Assembly (NCBI GenBank): GCA_050952625.1
Contig: JBMNLH010000001.1
Span: forward strand, 1,536,001 to 1,600,000
Source of the DNA: Bacillota bacterium
Lineage (GTDB): Bacteria > Bacillota > Ch66 > Ch109
DNA length: 64,000 nt
Direction of reading: 5' to 3'
Both the position numbers and the translations under genes were made by a program. The notes beneath the pieces were generated by a model. The model was given only the letters and a program-made list of their open reading frames with translations. It ran no database searches and had not been told where the DNA came from. Positions 10,031 to 21,123 of the stretch are shown here, piece after piece (the stretch's first letter is position 1; every line of letters begins with the position of its first letter).

Positions 10031-10218
10031 ACTTGGAAATAAAGCAAAAAAATCCCGTAAAGCCTTACGGGATAAAAGCAGAAAATAAATGAATCCACTT
10101 AAGATGCTAGAATAAACATTTCGTCATAACTTATCTAAATCCTGCTTGTTTTGTATTTAAACATGTGGAAAATATATCCACTCCGAGGTTGTTTATCCTA
10201 TTAGCGTTCCCTGGGTGC

Positions 10219-12565
10219 TCAAGAGTTAGTTAAATCGTTAACAATCCTGACAATTAACTCTTTAGGCTCTGAACTACAGCTGTTAATTCGCTCTGTAGAA
10301 ACTATTTCCGCGAATACCTTGACAATATCCGGATCAAACTGGGTTCCGGCATTCCTTTTTAGCTCTTCGATCGCCGCTTCCCGACTTAAAGCCGAACGAT
10401 AGGGTCTGGCACTGGTCATGGCATCGTAGGCATCGGCTACGGCTATAATCCTGGCTGCCAGAGGAATTTCCTTCCCTACTAGGCCATACGGATAACCTTT
10501 GCCATCCCATCTTTCATGATGAGCCAGGACATATTTGGCCAATGATGAAAATTTATTAACGGAATTCATAATGCGGTAGCCGGTTTCCGAATGACGCCTT
10601 ATTTTATCCATTTCTAAATCGTTAAGACTGCCCGGCTTTTCCAAGATCCGGTCATCAACTATGATTTTCCCTATATCATGCATTAATCCCGCTATCCGCA
10701 GCTCATGAAGATCATCGTTGCTTAAAGCTAAAGCGGTCCCGAACGCTTCACATAGCTGACTAACCCGGATGGAATGCTGTCGTTCTCGAAGGTTTTTTTC
10801 AAATAAAGCCTTCACGATCACTTCAAGGGTCCTATGTCTTACGCTGGAACTTTCAACCAGTTTCTGTCGGTACATGTTGTCTTCGGCTTTTTTAATTACA
10901 GATGTTATATCAGTCTGGATATCCCACTTTGTTTCCCAGCCAAAAGCGATTGATAAAATGATAGAATTCACATTTTCGCGAGAAATTTTACTATTTATTC
11001 GCCTGACAATCTTGGCGGCTTGCTCTGAATTAGTTTTAGGTAAGAGAATTACAAATTCATCCCCGCCAATGCGGGCAATAATATCATCTGCCCGACATTC
11101 TTTTTTTATAATCTCGACCGCTCGTTTTAAGAGTTTATCGCCAATTGACACTGACAGACAATAAGGTAGTTTTGAATCGTTCCTTTTCCTCATATAATAG
11201 CTTTTCGATCTTCTTGCGTTCAGTTACGTCCAGGATAATAGTCGCACACTGCCGTGGGCGTGGGGAATAGGCAATCACTTCGTAATACTGGTCAGTTTCT
11301 GGATAATAGCACTCATACTGCCAAGTCTCGCCATTCATTGCAACCTGACCATATCGTTCAATCATGCAACGTTTCGTTTTCGGTAAAACTTCAAGCATAG
11401 TTCGACCAATGATCTTTTCCCGTTTTAACTCGGTTAGCCGCTCATAGCTTTCGTTAACGTCAAGAAACCGACAATCAACAACCGTTCCGGCTTCATCGCA
11501 GATCACTTCATGAACAGCAACCCCTTGCTTCATCTGAGTAACCAGCAGTCGATATTTTTCTTCACTCTGCCGAAGCGTCTCTTCCGTCTTTTTACGCAGC
11601 AAGGTCACCCCGATGCCATCCGCCACGATCTGTAATAGACTAACATCTTCCTTCTGCCATTGCCGGGGAACGAGACAATCGTCAAAACCAATGTACCCCC
11701 AAAACTCGTTCCCACAGTAAATTGGGAGGATTAGAATTGAGATAATCCCCTGTGGTACTAAATATTTTTGCTCCGATTGGTCCATTTCGGCAACGATCCT
11801 CATATAGGGGCGACGTGCTTGCAGCACCTTGAGCAGGTACGGTGAGGCATTGCGATAAGGCAGACGCTGCAAACAACAGGCATCAATTTGAGGGGTGATC
11901 CCAGCCGCAGTTGCCTCATGTATTTGTGTCATACATAAGCCCACTTCAGGATCATTTTCATTTTGAAAGATATAAACTCGACTCACTTGCGAAACTTCCC
12001 GCAAAATATGTAAAACACGGTTCAATTGCTTATCGATATCATTAGGTTCCATAAGAACCTTCATGCAACTTGCTGCGGCTGCCTCATAATCAAGACGCCG
12101 CCGCAGTTCCTTTTCGGCCCGTTTTTGCTCAGTGATATCTCTGATTGCTCCTTGATAGCCAATAAACCTGCCGGTGCTGTCCTTTCTAATCACCGCGTTG
12201 ATCAGGACAGAAATAATGGTGCCATCTTTCTTGCGCAAGCTGGCTGGATAGTCTTTAGCTGCTCCCTGTTCCAGGATAACCCTGAGAAATCGGGCCCGTT
12301 CCGCTGGATCTGCATACAGCTCACTAACGTTAACCGTCTTTAGCTCTTCCCGGCTATCGTAGCCTAAAGTTTTGATTAAGGCATCATTAAAATCAAGAAA
12401 AGAGCCATCTGCAGACGTAATAAAGACACTATCGCGAGAAGTAACGAAAAATGCCCGGTATGTGTCTTCGCTTTCTTTACAAATCATTTCCATTAGTTGG
12501 TGCTTGATCGACTCTTCCGCAATATAGATATCTTTTATTTCACTCTCCTGATTATTGCTCATCAT
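10219..12565 (-). pseudogene. PAS-GAF-PAS/(half-GGDEF)/HD-GYP c-di-GMP enzyme with internal deletion and frameshift near 11145
   Basis: ORF 11135-12565 has PAS, GAF and PAS, ending ERFKTTLLSV; ORF 10219-11193 begins mid-GGDEF (IGDKLLK...RIGGDEF), then an intact HD-GYP (HDIGK, HHERWDGKGYP). Confidence 0.8.
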
Positions 12566-12790
12566 TGAACCTCCACAGTAAGATAATTGTCCTTATCCGT
12601 GGCAGCATTCGATATTACAATAACAAACACGTATAAACTCACTTATCTTATTTCAAATATTGTATATTAATGACGGCTTTTATTGTTTCTACTCTGTTTC
12701 CAAATAATCCTGCTTTTGTATACTATGTTTTGCAGCTTTTGCAAAAATAAATAAAAAACCCGCAAAATCTTGCGGGATAAGGGTTTCAAC

Positions 12791-12866
12791 TGGTGCGCCA
12801 TCAGGGATTCGAACCCCGGACCCTCCGATTAAGAGTCGGATGCTCTACCAGCTAAGCTAATGGCGC
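12791..12866 (-). tRNA. tRNA-Lys(CTT)
   Basis: 76-nt cloverleaf GCGCCAT...ATGGCGC-ACCA, anticodon arm TCCGA-CTCTTAA-TCGGA, GTTCGAATC T-loop, encoded CCA. Confidence 0.97.
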
Positions 12867-12954
12867 GCAATATGACAAAATATAATCAAAATATAATCTA
12901 TAATCCTATTAGACTTGGGACCGCGATTTAATCGCTGTACTTGAAGCACTACAT

Positions 12955-12983
12955 ATTTTAGCACCGGGTTCTGGGGGTGTCAA
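12955..12983 (-). promoter_or_regulatory. sigmaA promoter of tRNA-Lys
   Basis: TTGACA-N17-TAAAAT with an extended TG. Confidence 0.8.
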
Positions 12984-13060
12984 CCCGAACTTGAAAAGTT
13001 GATTTGATAAATAGCCCTGTCCATTTTCGAGTTAACAGTTAGTTTGCCATTATATTAGCT

Positions 13061-13480
13061 TCACAACCTCCTATACTCCGGCAGAATATGATCCAGCCAA
13101 TCATGAAAGCGTTCAAAGATTAAGCCCACCACAAACCAGGCTGGGGCGTAATCCAGCCGGATTAAACCATCCAGGGTATACCGCGTATAACCGCGGTAAT
13201 CCCAAGGACAGGACCCTAAGACTGACTGTAGCGTCCAGCCAGCCGCATACTCGATCATCAGGATCACAGCGGCCCAAACCATGCCCCGGGCCAGCCAAGG
13301 CATGGTGCGGATCTGATCATGGAGTGATTCTAAAAACACGGCTGAGCCGTAGATCGGGAGCATCCAGAGATAGGTAAAGCCGCTCAAATTTAGATCCCCC
13401 CGTAATAAAGAGCCCAAGCCGGTCCAAAATATTTCAATAACCCAACCCATTATCCCGTAGATGAAAAAACGAACTATCAT
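13061..13480 (-). CDS. Membrane protein, putative ABC-permease/DUF1113-like family
   Basis: FFIYGIMGWVIE, PIYG, EYAAG, CPWDY, GLIRLDYAPAW. Confidence 0.75.
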   Translation of the reverse strand: MIVRFFIYGIMGWVIEIFWTGLGSLLRGDLNLSGFTYLWMLPIYGSAVFLESLHDQIRTMPWLARGMVWAAVILMIEYAAGWTLQSVLGSCPWDYRGYTRYTLDGLIRLDYAPAWFVVGLIFERFHDWLDHILPEYRRL

Positions 13481-13532
13481 GAATTTAGTTTTACACCCAT
13501 CAAACCGAGTATGCTACCGAGTTATTGGTATG

Positions 13533-14828
13533 TTATGGGTACATCCGGTAAAGCATCCGGGGAAAAGGAATCGCTTCGCGCACGTGATCCAACCCGCAGA
13601 TCCAAGCGACAGTGCGTTCGATTCCGAGTCCAAAACCGGCATGGGGTACTGAGCCATAACGGCGCAGATCGAGATACCACTCAAACGCCTCGCGAGGCAA
13701 GTCATGCTCATCCAACCGCTGTTCTAAGAGGGTTAGATCGTCGATCCGCTGACCACCGCCAATAATCTCGCCATAACCTTCCGGAGCCAGCAGATCCGCA
13801 CCCAGCACGACTTCTGGCTGATTTGGGTCCGGCTTCATATAAAAAGCCTTTAAGGCCGTTGGATAACGATGGACAAAAACCGGGGACTTGAAGTTTTCCG
13901 AAATCAAGGTCTCCTCTGGAGCCCCAAAATCATCTCCCCACTCGAACTCTACCCCTTTCTGCCGCAAAATCTCGACGGCCTCCGTGTAGCTTAGCCGGGG
14001 AAAAGGCACAGAGATTGATGCCAAACGGTCCGTGTCGCGGTCTAGGGTCTTTAAATCTTCCCGGCACCGGTGGAGGACTCGGTCAATCACGAACATGATC
14101 ATCTCTTCCTGGAGGCGCATATTATCGTCTAGGTCGTAAAAAGCCATCTCCGCTTCCAACATCCAAAACTCCATCAGGTGGCGCCGGGTCTTAGATTTTT
14201 CCGCCCGAAAGGTTGGTCCAAAACAGTAAACCTTCCCCAACGCTAAGGCCGTTGCCTCGCTGTATAATTGACCGCTTTGGGATAGAAAGGCTGGATCCCC
14301 ATGATAGTCAATCTCAAACAGGGTCGTTGTGCCTTCGCAGGCCGCTGGCGTAATAATCGGGGCATCGGCCAAGATAAATTCTCGCTGATAAAAGAATTCT
14401 CGCAAGGCATGTTCAATCTCTGACCGAATCCGCAAAATAGCACTCTGCCTCGGTGTTCGCATCCACAGATGGCGTCGGTCAGCCAAAAAGTCAACCCCAT
14501 GTTCTTTATGGGTAATCGGGTATTCAGCCGCCAGACTAATTACCTCTAATCGGGTGACCTGTAGTTCGTAACCGCCCACAGCCCGAGGCTCTTCCCGCAC
14601 GGTTCCCCAAACGCGCAAGGAGGACTCCTGCGTTAATGAATTAGCCTTGGCCCAAGTCTCCTGATCCACCTCTTTTTTCACCAGGACCCCTTGGACCAGG
14701 CCACTGCCATCCCGCAGGATGAGAAACTGGATTTTGCCCGAGGATCTCTTGTTATAAAGCCAGCCCTGCAGCATAACTTCTTCACCCAGGTGTTGGTTGA
14801 GGTGTTTAATCGAAACCCCTTGAAGCAT
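13533..14828 (-). CDS. asnS: Asparagine--tRNA ligase
   Basis: [58 protein letters not shown]; ATG at 14828 gives 431 aa. Confidence 0.95.
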   Translation of the reverse strand: MLQGVSIKHLNQHLGEEVMLQGWLYNKRSSGKIQFLILRDGSGLVQGVLVKKEVDQETWAKANSLTQESSLRVWGTVREEPRAVGGYELQVTRLEVISLAAEYPITHKEHGVDFLADRRHLWMRTPRQSAILRIRSEIEHALREFFYQREFILADAPIITPAACEGTTTLFEIDYHGDPAFLSQSGQLYSEATALALGKVYCFGPTFRAEKSKTRRHLMEFWMLEAEMAFYDLDDNMRLQEEMIMFVIDRVLHRCREDLKTLDRDTDRLASISVPFPRLSYTEAVEILRQKGVEFEWGDDFGAPEETLISENFKSPVFVHRYPTALKAFYMKPDPNQPEVVLGADLLAPEGYGEIIGGGQRIDDLTLLEQRLDEHDLPREAFEWYLDLRRYGSVPHAGFGLGIERTVAWICGLDHVREAIPFPRMLYRMYP

Positions 14829-14932
14829 ACAACCTTGCCGCCCCCCGTTTCGGCACGTCGCGCTGAGTAATCCTCCTTCGTTCCGGCGCTCGGCGTTCTG
14901 AAGACGCTGCGCTACGGCTATTCTGAAAACCG

Positions 14933-15735
14933 CTACCCAATTTCTATAAAACTCCGGCCGCCGGTCATTAAAGAGGTGGTTGTGGATATTAAGCGTTTTT
15001 TCTAAAGCCCTGGCCGGATCTACCTCAGTTACGGCTACTTTCTCTTCCTGCTCATCTAAACGGAATTTAAGCTCGCCTCTTACATCAACCACCTGGCTTC
15101 CCCCGGTAAACCGAAGGTCTTCATTGTCCCGTTGCTCACTACCCACCCGGTTTGCCGTCACGGTAATAACCGAGTTTTCTAGAGACCGGGTCAGCATCGC
15201 CTGCTGGCAATAGGGCAGCACTAAATTAGTCGGATGACAGATGATCTGAGCCCCCTGCAGGGCTAAAGAACGGGCTGCCTCGGGAAAGAACCAGTCAAAG
15301 CAAATCATCACACCTATCCGAAGACCCGGGGCGATATCAAAAACGGTTAATCCCTAGATCGCCGGGACCGAACCAAACTTTTTCTTTGTAGAATAAATGG
15401 GTTTTCCGATACTTGCCGATATAGCCGGTCGGTCCCACAATAACCGCGGAGTTAAAAAATTTGTCCTGGCTTGAGTCGTACTCCGGCAACCCAGCGACAA
15501 TGACCATATTTCGTTCAGCCGCCAGCCGCATCAACCGCTGGGTCGTATTTCCCTGCGGAATTTCTTCCGAAAGGGACCTTACTTCTGCTTTGGATTCAAA
15601 CAAATACCCGGAATTAAAAAGTTCCGGCAGGACCATCAAATCTGCCTCCACTTCAGCCAAAGCAGCCTCCACCCGGGCAATATTTGCGTCAACTTGGCCA
15701 AACTCCGGGGCAAACTGAAAAACACCCACTCGCAT
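14933..15735 (-). CDS. Carbon-nitrogen hydrolase (nitrilase family), two apparent +1 G insertions
   Basis: E-K-C triad ([21 protein letters not shown]); removing one G near 15353 joins the halves (GDLGLTVFD); removing one G near 14937 restores a TAG after [10 protein letters not shown]. Confidence 0.85.
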
Positions 15736-16199
15736 AACTGCTCTTTCCCTCCACTTTAATTAATACCTAATATTCTTTCCTAATTTCATGAAAACCATTG
15801 TCCTTTAAACTTCACCTAATCAGGCGGCTTATAATCCCCTCTGAGCCCTGTTCCAGGCTTAATTATTTAGATTATTCGCCGCGACTGTATCTATTCCTTC
15901 CCGCAAGATAAGCCTGAGTATTTACCGGGCACTAAACTATAACAAAATTCTAATAATTCGACATTCTTTCCAATGGAAATATGTGCAGATTTGTCTAAAA
16001 TAGATACTAAGACCTTAAGAAACGATATATACTGCAGTTTAATATTAGTATTTGTTATATTTTCTCCAATTAAATCAATAAAGGCAGGGATAATCCAGGG
16101 TGAGATCTAATAAAAAATGCGATTGCGTCCTTCTAAGAAAAAAAACGCGAACAAACACCCCTGTTTTTTGTTTCGAAGACTATCGAAGCAACCAGGAAG

Positions 16200-17699
16200 A
16201 TGGTGAATAGAACAATGAATCACCTTAATATTATGTCAACAAAGCGGCGGAAAATCGAGGAGGCGTTAAATAATTTTAAACAGTGCCAATCAGACATCAT
16301 CAATTTTTTGCCTGACGCCACTTTTGTTATTGACCGCGAAGGAAAGGTTATCGCTTGGAATCAAGCTATTGAAGAAATGACCGGCATTATGGCTCAAGAC
16401 ATCCTGGGTAAGGGCAATTATGAATATGCCATTCCGTTTCACGGTAATAGAAAACCCATTTTAATTGATCTGATCTTTACACCGAATAAAGAAGTAGAAA
16501 AAGACTATTTGTTCATCAAAAATGATCGAGAAGCCTTGGTGGCGGAAACTCCTCTGCTCAATATTAATGGAAAAAAAGCTATTCTCTGGACCAAAGCGAC
16601 CCCCTTATACGACAGTCATGGCCAGATAATCGGGGCAATTGAATCTATCCGAGATATCACTGAGCTCAGGAAAGCCGAGCAAGCCCTGGAAGCAGAAAGA
16701 CAGCGACTATATGCTGTATTAAATGAACTGCCGGCAATGCTCTTTCTCCTGGCAAGAGATTACTCTTTTCGTTTTGTGAACCGGTTTTTTCAGGAACGAT
16801 ATGGTAACCCTGAAAGAAAAACCTGCTACGAATTAATGTATCATCGCCTAACCCCGTGTGAAAACTGTCCTACCAGTAAGGTTTTTCAAACCCAAAAACC
16901 CCAGGAGTGGATATGGAATTCCCCGGATGAGCGGACCTATACCATCTATGACTATCCCTTTATCGATGTTGACGGGACCTTGTTAGTCTTGGAAATGGGG
17001 ATTGATATCACAGAACGCAAAAAACTAGAACAAGAAATCCTGCGGTTGGACCGGCTAAATCTAATAGGTGAAATGGCTGCCGGACTGGCGCATGAGATCC
17101 GGAACCCGATGACTACGGTCAGGGGCTTTCTGCAAATACTGAGCAATAAAAAGAGTCAAACTGAATACCGGACATATTATAACTTAATGATTGAGGAATT
17201 GGATCAAGCTAATATGATAATAACTGAGTTCCTCTCCCTGGCCAAGAATAAGGTCGTTCATTTACAGGCCCAAAATCTCAATGAAATAGTCATGAGTCTA
17301 TATCCTTTAATCAAGGCCGACGCTTTACTGACTGATAAATACGTTCAATTAGATCTAGGCGAGATACCGGTTTTAAAACTGGATCTAAAAGAGATTCGTC
17401 AACTTATTCTCAATCTAGCCCGCAATGGGTTAGAAGCCATGTCCCCGGGCGGCGTTTTAACTATCTCAACTTTTATCGACAACGAGGCCGTGGTTCTTTC
17501 GGTCAAGGATCAAGGAAAGGGAATCGAACCTGAATTGTTGGAAAAACTAGGCACACCTTTTTTAACGACGAAAGATACTGGTACCGGTCTCGGATTACCA
17601 ATTTGCTACAGCATTGCTGCCCGTCATCACGCAAAGATTAAAGTGGACACAGATTCAACCGGCACCTGCTTTTATGTTCGGTTCAAACAAATAGTTTAA
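16200..17699 (+). CDS. PAS-domain sensor histidine kinase (sporulation-kinase-like, orphan)
   Basis: Two PAS domains; AHEIRNPMT H-box; QLILNLARNG, DQGKGI, PFLTTK, GTGLGL. Confidence 0.92.
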   Translation: MVNRTMNHLNIMSTKRRKIEEALNNFKQCQSDIINFLPDATFVIDREGKVIAWNQAIEEMTGIMAQDILGKGNYEYAIPFHGNRKPILIDLIFTPNKEVEKDYLFIKNDREALVAETPLLNINGKKAILWTKATPLYDSHGQIIGAIESIRDITELRKAEQALEAERQRLYAVLNELPAMLFLLARDYSFRFVNRFFQERYGNPERKTCYELMYHRLTPCENCPTSKVFQTQKPQEWIWNSPDERTYTIYDYPFIDVDGTLLVLEMGIDITERKKLEQEILRLDRLNLIGEMAAGLAHEIRNPMTTVRGFLQILSNKKSQTEYRTYYNLMIEELDQANMIITEFLSLAKNKVVHLQAQNLNEIVMSLYPLIKADALLTDKYVQLDLGEIPVLKLDLKEIRQLILNLARNGLEAMSPGGVLTISTFIDNEAVVLSVKDQGKGIEPELLEKLGTPFLTTKDTGTGLGLPICYSIAARHHAKIKVDTDSTGTCFYVRFKQIV

Positions 17700-17769
17700 A
17701 TCAATTCGTTATTTATTGCTAACCGCCCATATCCGTTAGGCACAACCACCTATGAAAATATCGGACATA

Positions 17770-17797
17770 TGTCATCCTGAGCGTGAGCGAAGGATCT
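17770..17797 (+). repeat. Single REP-like palindromic unit
   Basis: TGTCATCCTGAGCGTGAGCGAAGGATCT resembles a widespread REP-like motif I recall; only one copy in this window. Confidence 0.45.
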
Positions 17798-17976
17798 AGC
17801 TTAAGTCTATTAACATTTACCGCATATATCTATTTCGCTCTAAGGAATATATAAAAAAGGATGCAGGTATACCTTACCGGTTTACAACAGATGCTTAATT
17901 TGTTAAAATGCACTTGTCATTGTCTCTGCTTATCCGTCTTGAGCTTACTCAAAATTATCGGTATAGGAGAGTGGAT

Positions 17977-19623
17977 ATGAGGAACTACAACCAGAACCTT
18001 CCCCACGTAGCCTATTTTTGTATGGAGTATGGCCTGCATGAAGAGTTTCAAATTTATGCTGGTGGTCTGGGGATTTTAGCTGGAGACCACATGAAATCCG
18101 CCGGTGACCTGAAAGTGCCACTGGTCGGTATTGGTTTGCTCTGGCGCCACGGTTACACGACCCAGTACATCGGCGAAGATGGACGACCGTATGATGTTTA
18201 TCCCAATAATGAATATGATTTTCTTCAAGACACAGGAGTATCGGTGCCAGTTGTAATTCGGGGAAGACAGGTGATCTGTAAGGTTTGGAAGGTCGATAAG
18301 TACGGCAATGCCCCATTATACCTTCTAGACACAGATATTCCAGAAAACGAAGACCGTTGGATTACTGGAAAACTATACGGAGGATATAGCGAGACCCGGA
18401 TCGCCCAGGAAATGGTCCTGGGGATTGGTGGAATCCGCGCCCTCCGAGCCTTAGGAATAAGAATAGATGTCTACCATTTTAACGAAGGTCATGCGATCTT
18501 CGCCGGTATTGAGCTTATTCGAGAAAAAATGCAGCAAGGTTATAGTTTCGAAGCAGCCTGGGATATGGTCCGCAATCAAACCGTTTTTACAACCCATACG
18601 CCAGTGCCGGCCGGCAATGAATCGCACAACCTGGATGTTCTGGAACATATGGGTGCTTTTAATGGCCTGAACCGTGAACAAATGTATCGCTTGGGTGGCG
18701 ACCCATTCGGGATGACCATTGCCGCCTTGCGTTTATCACGTATGGCCAATGCCGTCGCCCAATTACACGGCGAAACCGCCCGGCGGATGTGGAAAGATGT
18801 TAGCGGCTCGTCTCCCATCATGGCCATTACCAATGGGGTGCATACCCGAACCTGGTGGGACCCGAGAATTCGTGAAGCTTATAAAAAAGGACTTGACCTG
18901 TGGGAACCCCATATGTTGGCCAAACACGACCTGATCAAAGAAGTTGAGGCACGAAACGGAGTGAAGCTTAACCCGGAAGCCTTGTTAATTGGCTTTGCCC
19001 GGCGAGCTGCTCCCTACAAGCGGAGTGACTTTATCTTCCGGCAGCCAGAAATTATAGAGCCTCTGCTGCGGGAAGGAAAGATCCAGTTAATTTTTGCGGG
19101 TAAAGCTCATCCCAACGATGACATGGGTAAGAGTATTATCTCAAATCTCTATCACGCTTCCCAACGCTACCCCAATAGTGTCGTATTTCTCCAGAACTAC
19201 GATATGAAGATTGGTCGTCTGTTAACCAGCGGTTCGGATGTTTGGCTCAATAACCCGCGCCGGCCTCAAGAAGCCAGCGGCACTTCCGGGATGAAGGCGG
19301 CCATGAACGGGGTACTCAATATGAGCACTCTGGATGGCTGGTGGCCGGAAGGCTGTGAACACGGGGTTACCGGTTGGCAGATTGGCGATGGTTACGAAGG
19401 TCACGATCAGGACCACCACGACCTGCAGTCTCTGTATCAAGTGCTGCTTAACGAAGTGGTACCCACCTTCTATGATAACCGGACCCGGTGGATTCAGATG
19501 ATGCAAGCCAGCATTGATATGTCGCACCACAAGTTTTCTGCGGAACGAATGGTTCAGGAATACTACGGTCGATTGTATACCATGGCCGGAGAAGCCTGGA
19601 AACAAGCTGCCGCCGGAAAATAG
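17977..19623 (+). CDS. glgP: Alpha-glucan (glycogen) phosphorylase
   Basis: YAGGLGILAGD, HFNEGH, FTTHTPVPAG, EASGTSGMKAAMNG PLP site; RBS AGGAGA favours ATG 17977. Confidence 0.95.
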   Translation: MRNYNQNLPHVAYFCMEYGLHEEFQIYAGGLGILAGDHMKSAGDLKVPLVGIGLLWRHGYTTQYIGEDGRPYDVYPNNEYDFLQDTGVSVPVVIRGRQVICKVWKVDKYGNAPLYLLDTDIPENEDRWITGKLYGGYSETRIAQEMVLGIGGIRALRALGIRIDVYHFNEGHAIFAGIELIREKMQQGYSFEAAWDMVRNQTVFTTHTPVPAGNESHNLDVLEHMGAFNGLNREQMYRLGGDPFGMTIAALRLSRMANAVAQLHGETARRMWKDVSGSSPIMAITNGVHTRTWWDPRIREAYKKGLDLWEPHMLAKHDLIKEVEARNGVKLNPEALLIGFARRAAPYKRSDFIFRQPEIIEPLLREGKIQLIFAGKAHPNDDMGKSIISNLYHASQRYPNSVVFLQNYDMKIGRLLTSGSDVWLNNPRRPQEASGTSGMKAAMNGVLNMSTLDGWWPEGCEHGVTGWQIGDGYEGHDQDHHDLQSLYQVLLNEVVPTFYDNRTRWIQMMQASIDMSHHKFSAERMVQEYYGRLYTMAGEAWKQAAAGK

Positions 19624-19655
19624 TATCCCGGCGATTGTATCAGAACCGATAATTT

Positions 19656-19691
19656 AACCCTGGGGAGTTTAACTGCTCCCTAGGGTTTTTT
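19656..19691 (+). terminator. glgP terminator
   Basis: AACCCTGGGGAG...CTCCCTAGGGTT followed by TTTT. Confidence 0.8.
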
Positions 19692-19733
19692 CATCGGCCT
19701 TGCGGCCTCACCATAATGCCATGAAAAATCAAT

Positions 19734-19828
19734 CGCGCTGTGTTTTAACGAAGGTCAGCGTTTGGCGATTTACATCATTTTATTTCGTTCCCAGTCTAGC
19801 CTGCTGACCGAGCTAAAACACAAGCGCG
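19734..19828 (+). repeat. MITE-like repeat family A, internally deleted copy
   Basis: Shares both arms with the 23085 and 23281 copies (GTGTTTTAACGAAGGTCAGCG ... GCTGACCGAG.TAAAACAC) but lacks the inner module. Confidence 0.85.
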
Positions 19829-19904
19829 GTTATTTTCAGAGTTAGGATAAACTTTAAATTCAAGGGCAATATTAAAATAGTCTAGATGAATCAAGCTTAG
19901 GAGG

Positions 19905-21122
19905 TTGAATGAGATCAACACTCATTTATCATCTAAATCATCAACAATTAATTATAGATTAGATCCAAAACCATTCCTGGCGCAAGTAGACAAACGAATA
20001 CACGATTTATGCCTCCAAGGAAACGAACCAGTTCACGAGGTAATCAATCATCTATTAAAGGCTGGTGGCAAGAGGATTCGGCCCACCTTAGCCTTTATTT
20101 CTGCTTCTTTTAAATCAGCTGACTGGGAACCAACTAATTGGGAAAACCTGGTAGATGCTGCTTCCGCCATTGAAATGATCCATATGGCTTCACTAGTTCA
20201 TGATGATATTATTGACCAAGCAACGACTCGAAGAGGGACAGAAACAATTAATCAAAAATGGGGGAACCTTACCGCGGTCCTGGCTGGTGACTACCTCTTC
20301 TCCTCCGCCTTCAATCTGCTGACAGCCCGACAGAACTACCCGGTTCTCCTATCTGTAACCAACGCTATCCGACTAATGTGTGAAGGTGAAATTAATCAGG
20401 CAGCCCAGACCTATAACTACAGGCAAACAGAAGAGAACTACCTGGACAATATCTATAAGAAAACCGCCTGTCTCTTTGCCGCCAGTTGTCAAGCGGGAGC
20501 AATTACTGCCCTGCTGCCGGCGGAACATGTCCGGTTAATCAACCATTTTGGCCTTTACCTGGGTTATGCCTACCAAATTTTAGATGATATCCTTGATCTG
20601 ATCGGTGATCCAAATGAACTTGGCAAACCGGTCGGGAGTGATTTAGCCCGCGGTATCTTAACCCTGCCTATACTTCGACTCCTCCAGGATGAGCAACAAG
20701 GAGCCTGGCTGAAACCTATTCTTGACCGCCAACAGATCTCGGCTGAAGAAATTGCGCTGACGGTCACCCGTTTAGCTGATGGTGATGCCTTTCTCTATAG
20801 TCTGGATAGGGTTTTCCAGATGTTCGATGCTGCTTATCAATCAATCTATGGCCTGCCCCAGGTACCGGCACGTTTAGCGATGTGGGAAATAGCTGGCCAG
20901 TTGCTGGAAAAACCCCTGTTAATGGTGGAGAAAAGCCTGACTTCTTTAGGGCTGACAATGCCCTTGCGTCGGGAAACGAGCAACCCAATCTATCCTCAGC
21001 AAGAGCAGCTCAATAATCAAACTTTCGCCGCTGACTACCCTGATGACTACCCTTTAGACAATTATGTTTCTGCCTGGCAGTCAAAGTTTGTCTTCAGCTT
21101 TTCTGGCCAGACAATCGGATAA
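19905..21122 (+). CDS. Polyprenyl diphosphate synthase (HepT/IspB-like) with C-terminal extension
   Basis: GGKRIRP, LVHDDIID...RRG, KKTA, QILDDILD, GKPVGSDL. Confidence 0.92.
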   Translation: MNEINTHLSSKSSTINYRLDPKPFLAQVDKRIHDLCLQGNEPVHEVINHLLKAGGKRIRPTLAFISASFKSADWEPTNWENLVDAASAIEMIHMASLVHDDIIDQATTRRGTETINQKWGNLTAVLAGDYLFSSAFNLLTARQNYPVLLSVTNAIRLMCEGEINQAAQTYNYRQTEENYLDNIYKKTACLFAASCQAGAITALLPAEHVRLINHFGLYLGYAYQILDDILDLIGDPNELGKPVGSDLARGILTLPILRLLQDEQQGAWLKPILDRQQISAEEIALTVTRLADGDAFLYSLDRVFQMFDAAYQSIYGLPQVPARLAMWEIAGQLLEKPLLMVEKSLTSLGLTMPLRRETSNPIYPQQEQLNNQTFAADYPDDYPLDNYVSAWQSKFVFSFSGQTIG

Positions 21123-21123
21123 A

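Noticed and set aside
12791-12866. tRNA-Lys as an island integration site
   Set aside because: No adjacent integrase, and I saw no duplicate of its 3' end in the window
14829-14932. Possible T-box leader before asnS
   Set aside because: Only ~100 nt, with no GGTGG.ACC T-box motif and no terminator
13533-15311. Apparent nitrilase-AsnRS fusion (592-aa ORF), suggestive of ammonia channelling
   Set aside because: Removing one G from a GGG run near 14937 restores a stop right after the usual nitrilase end. asnS has its own RBS and ATG at 14828, the linker is not protein-like, and the same error type recurs across the window.
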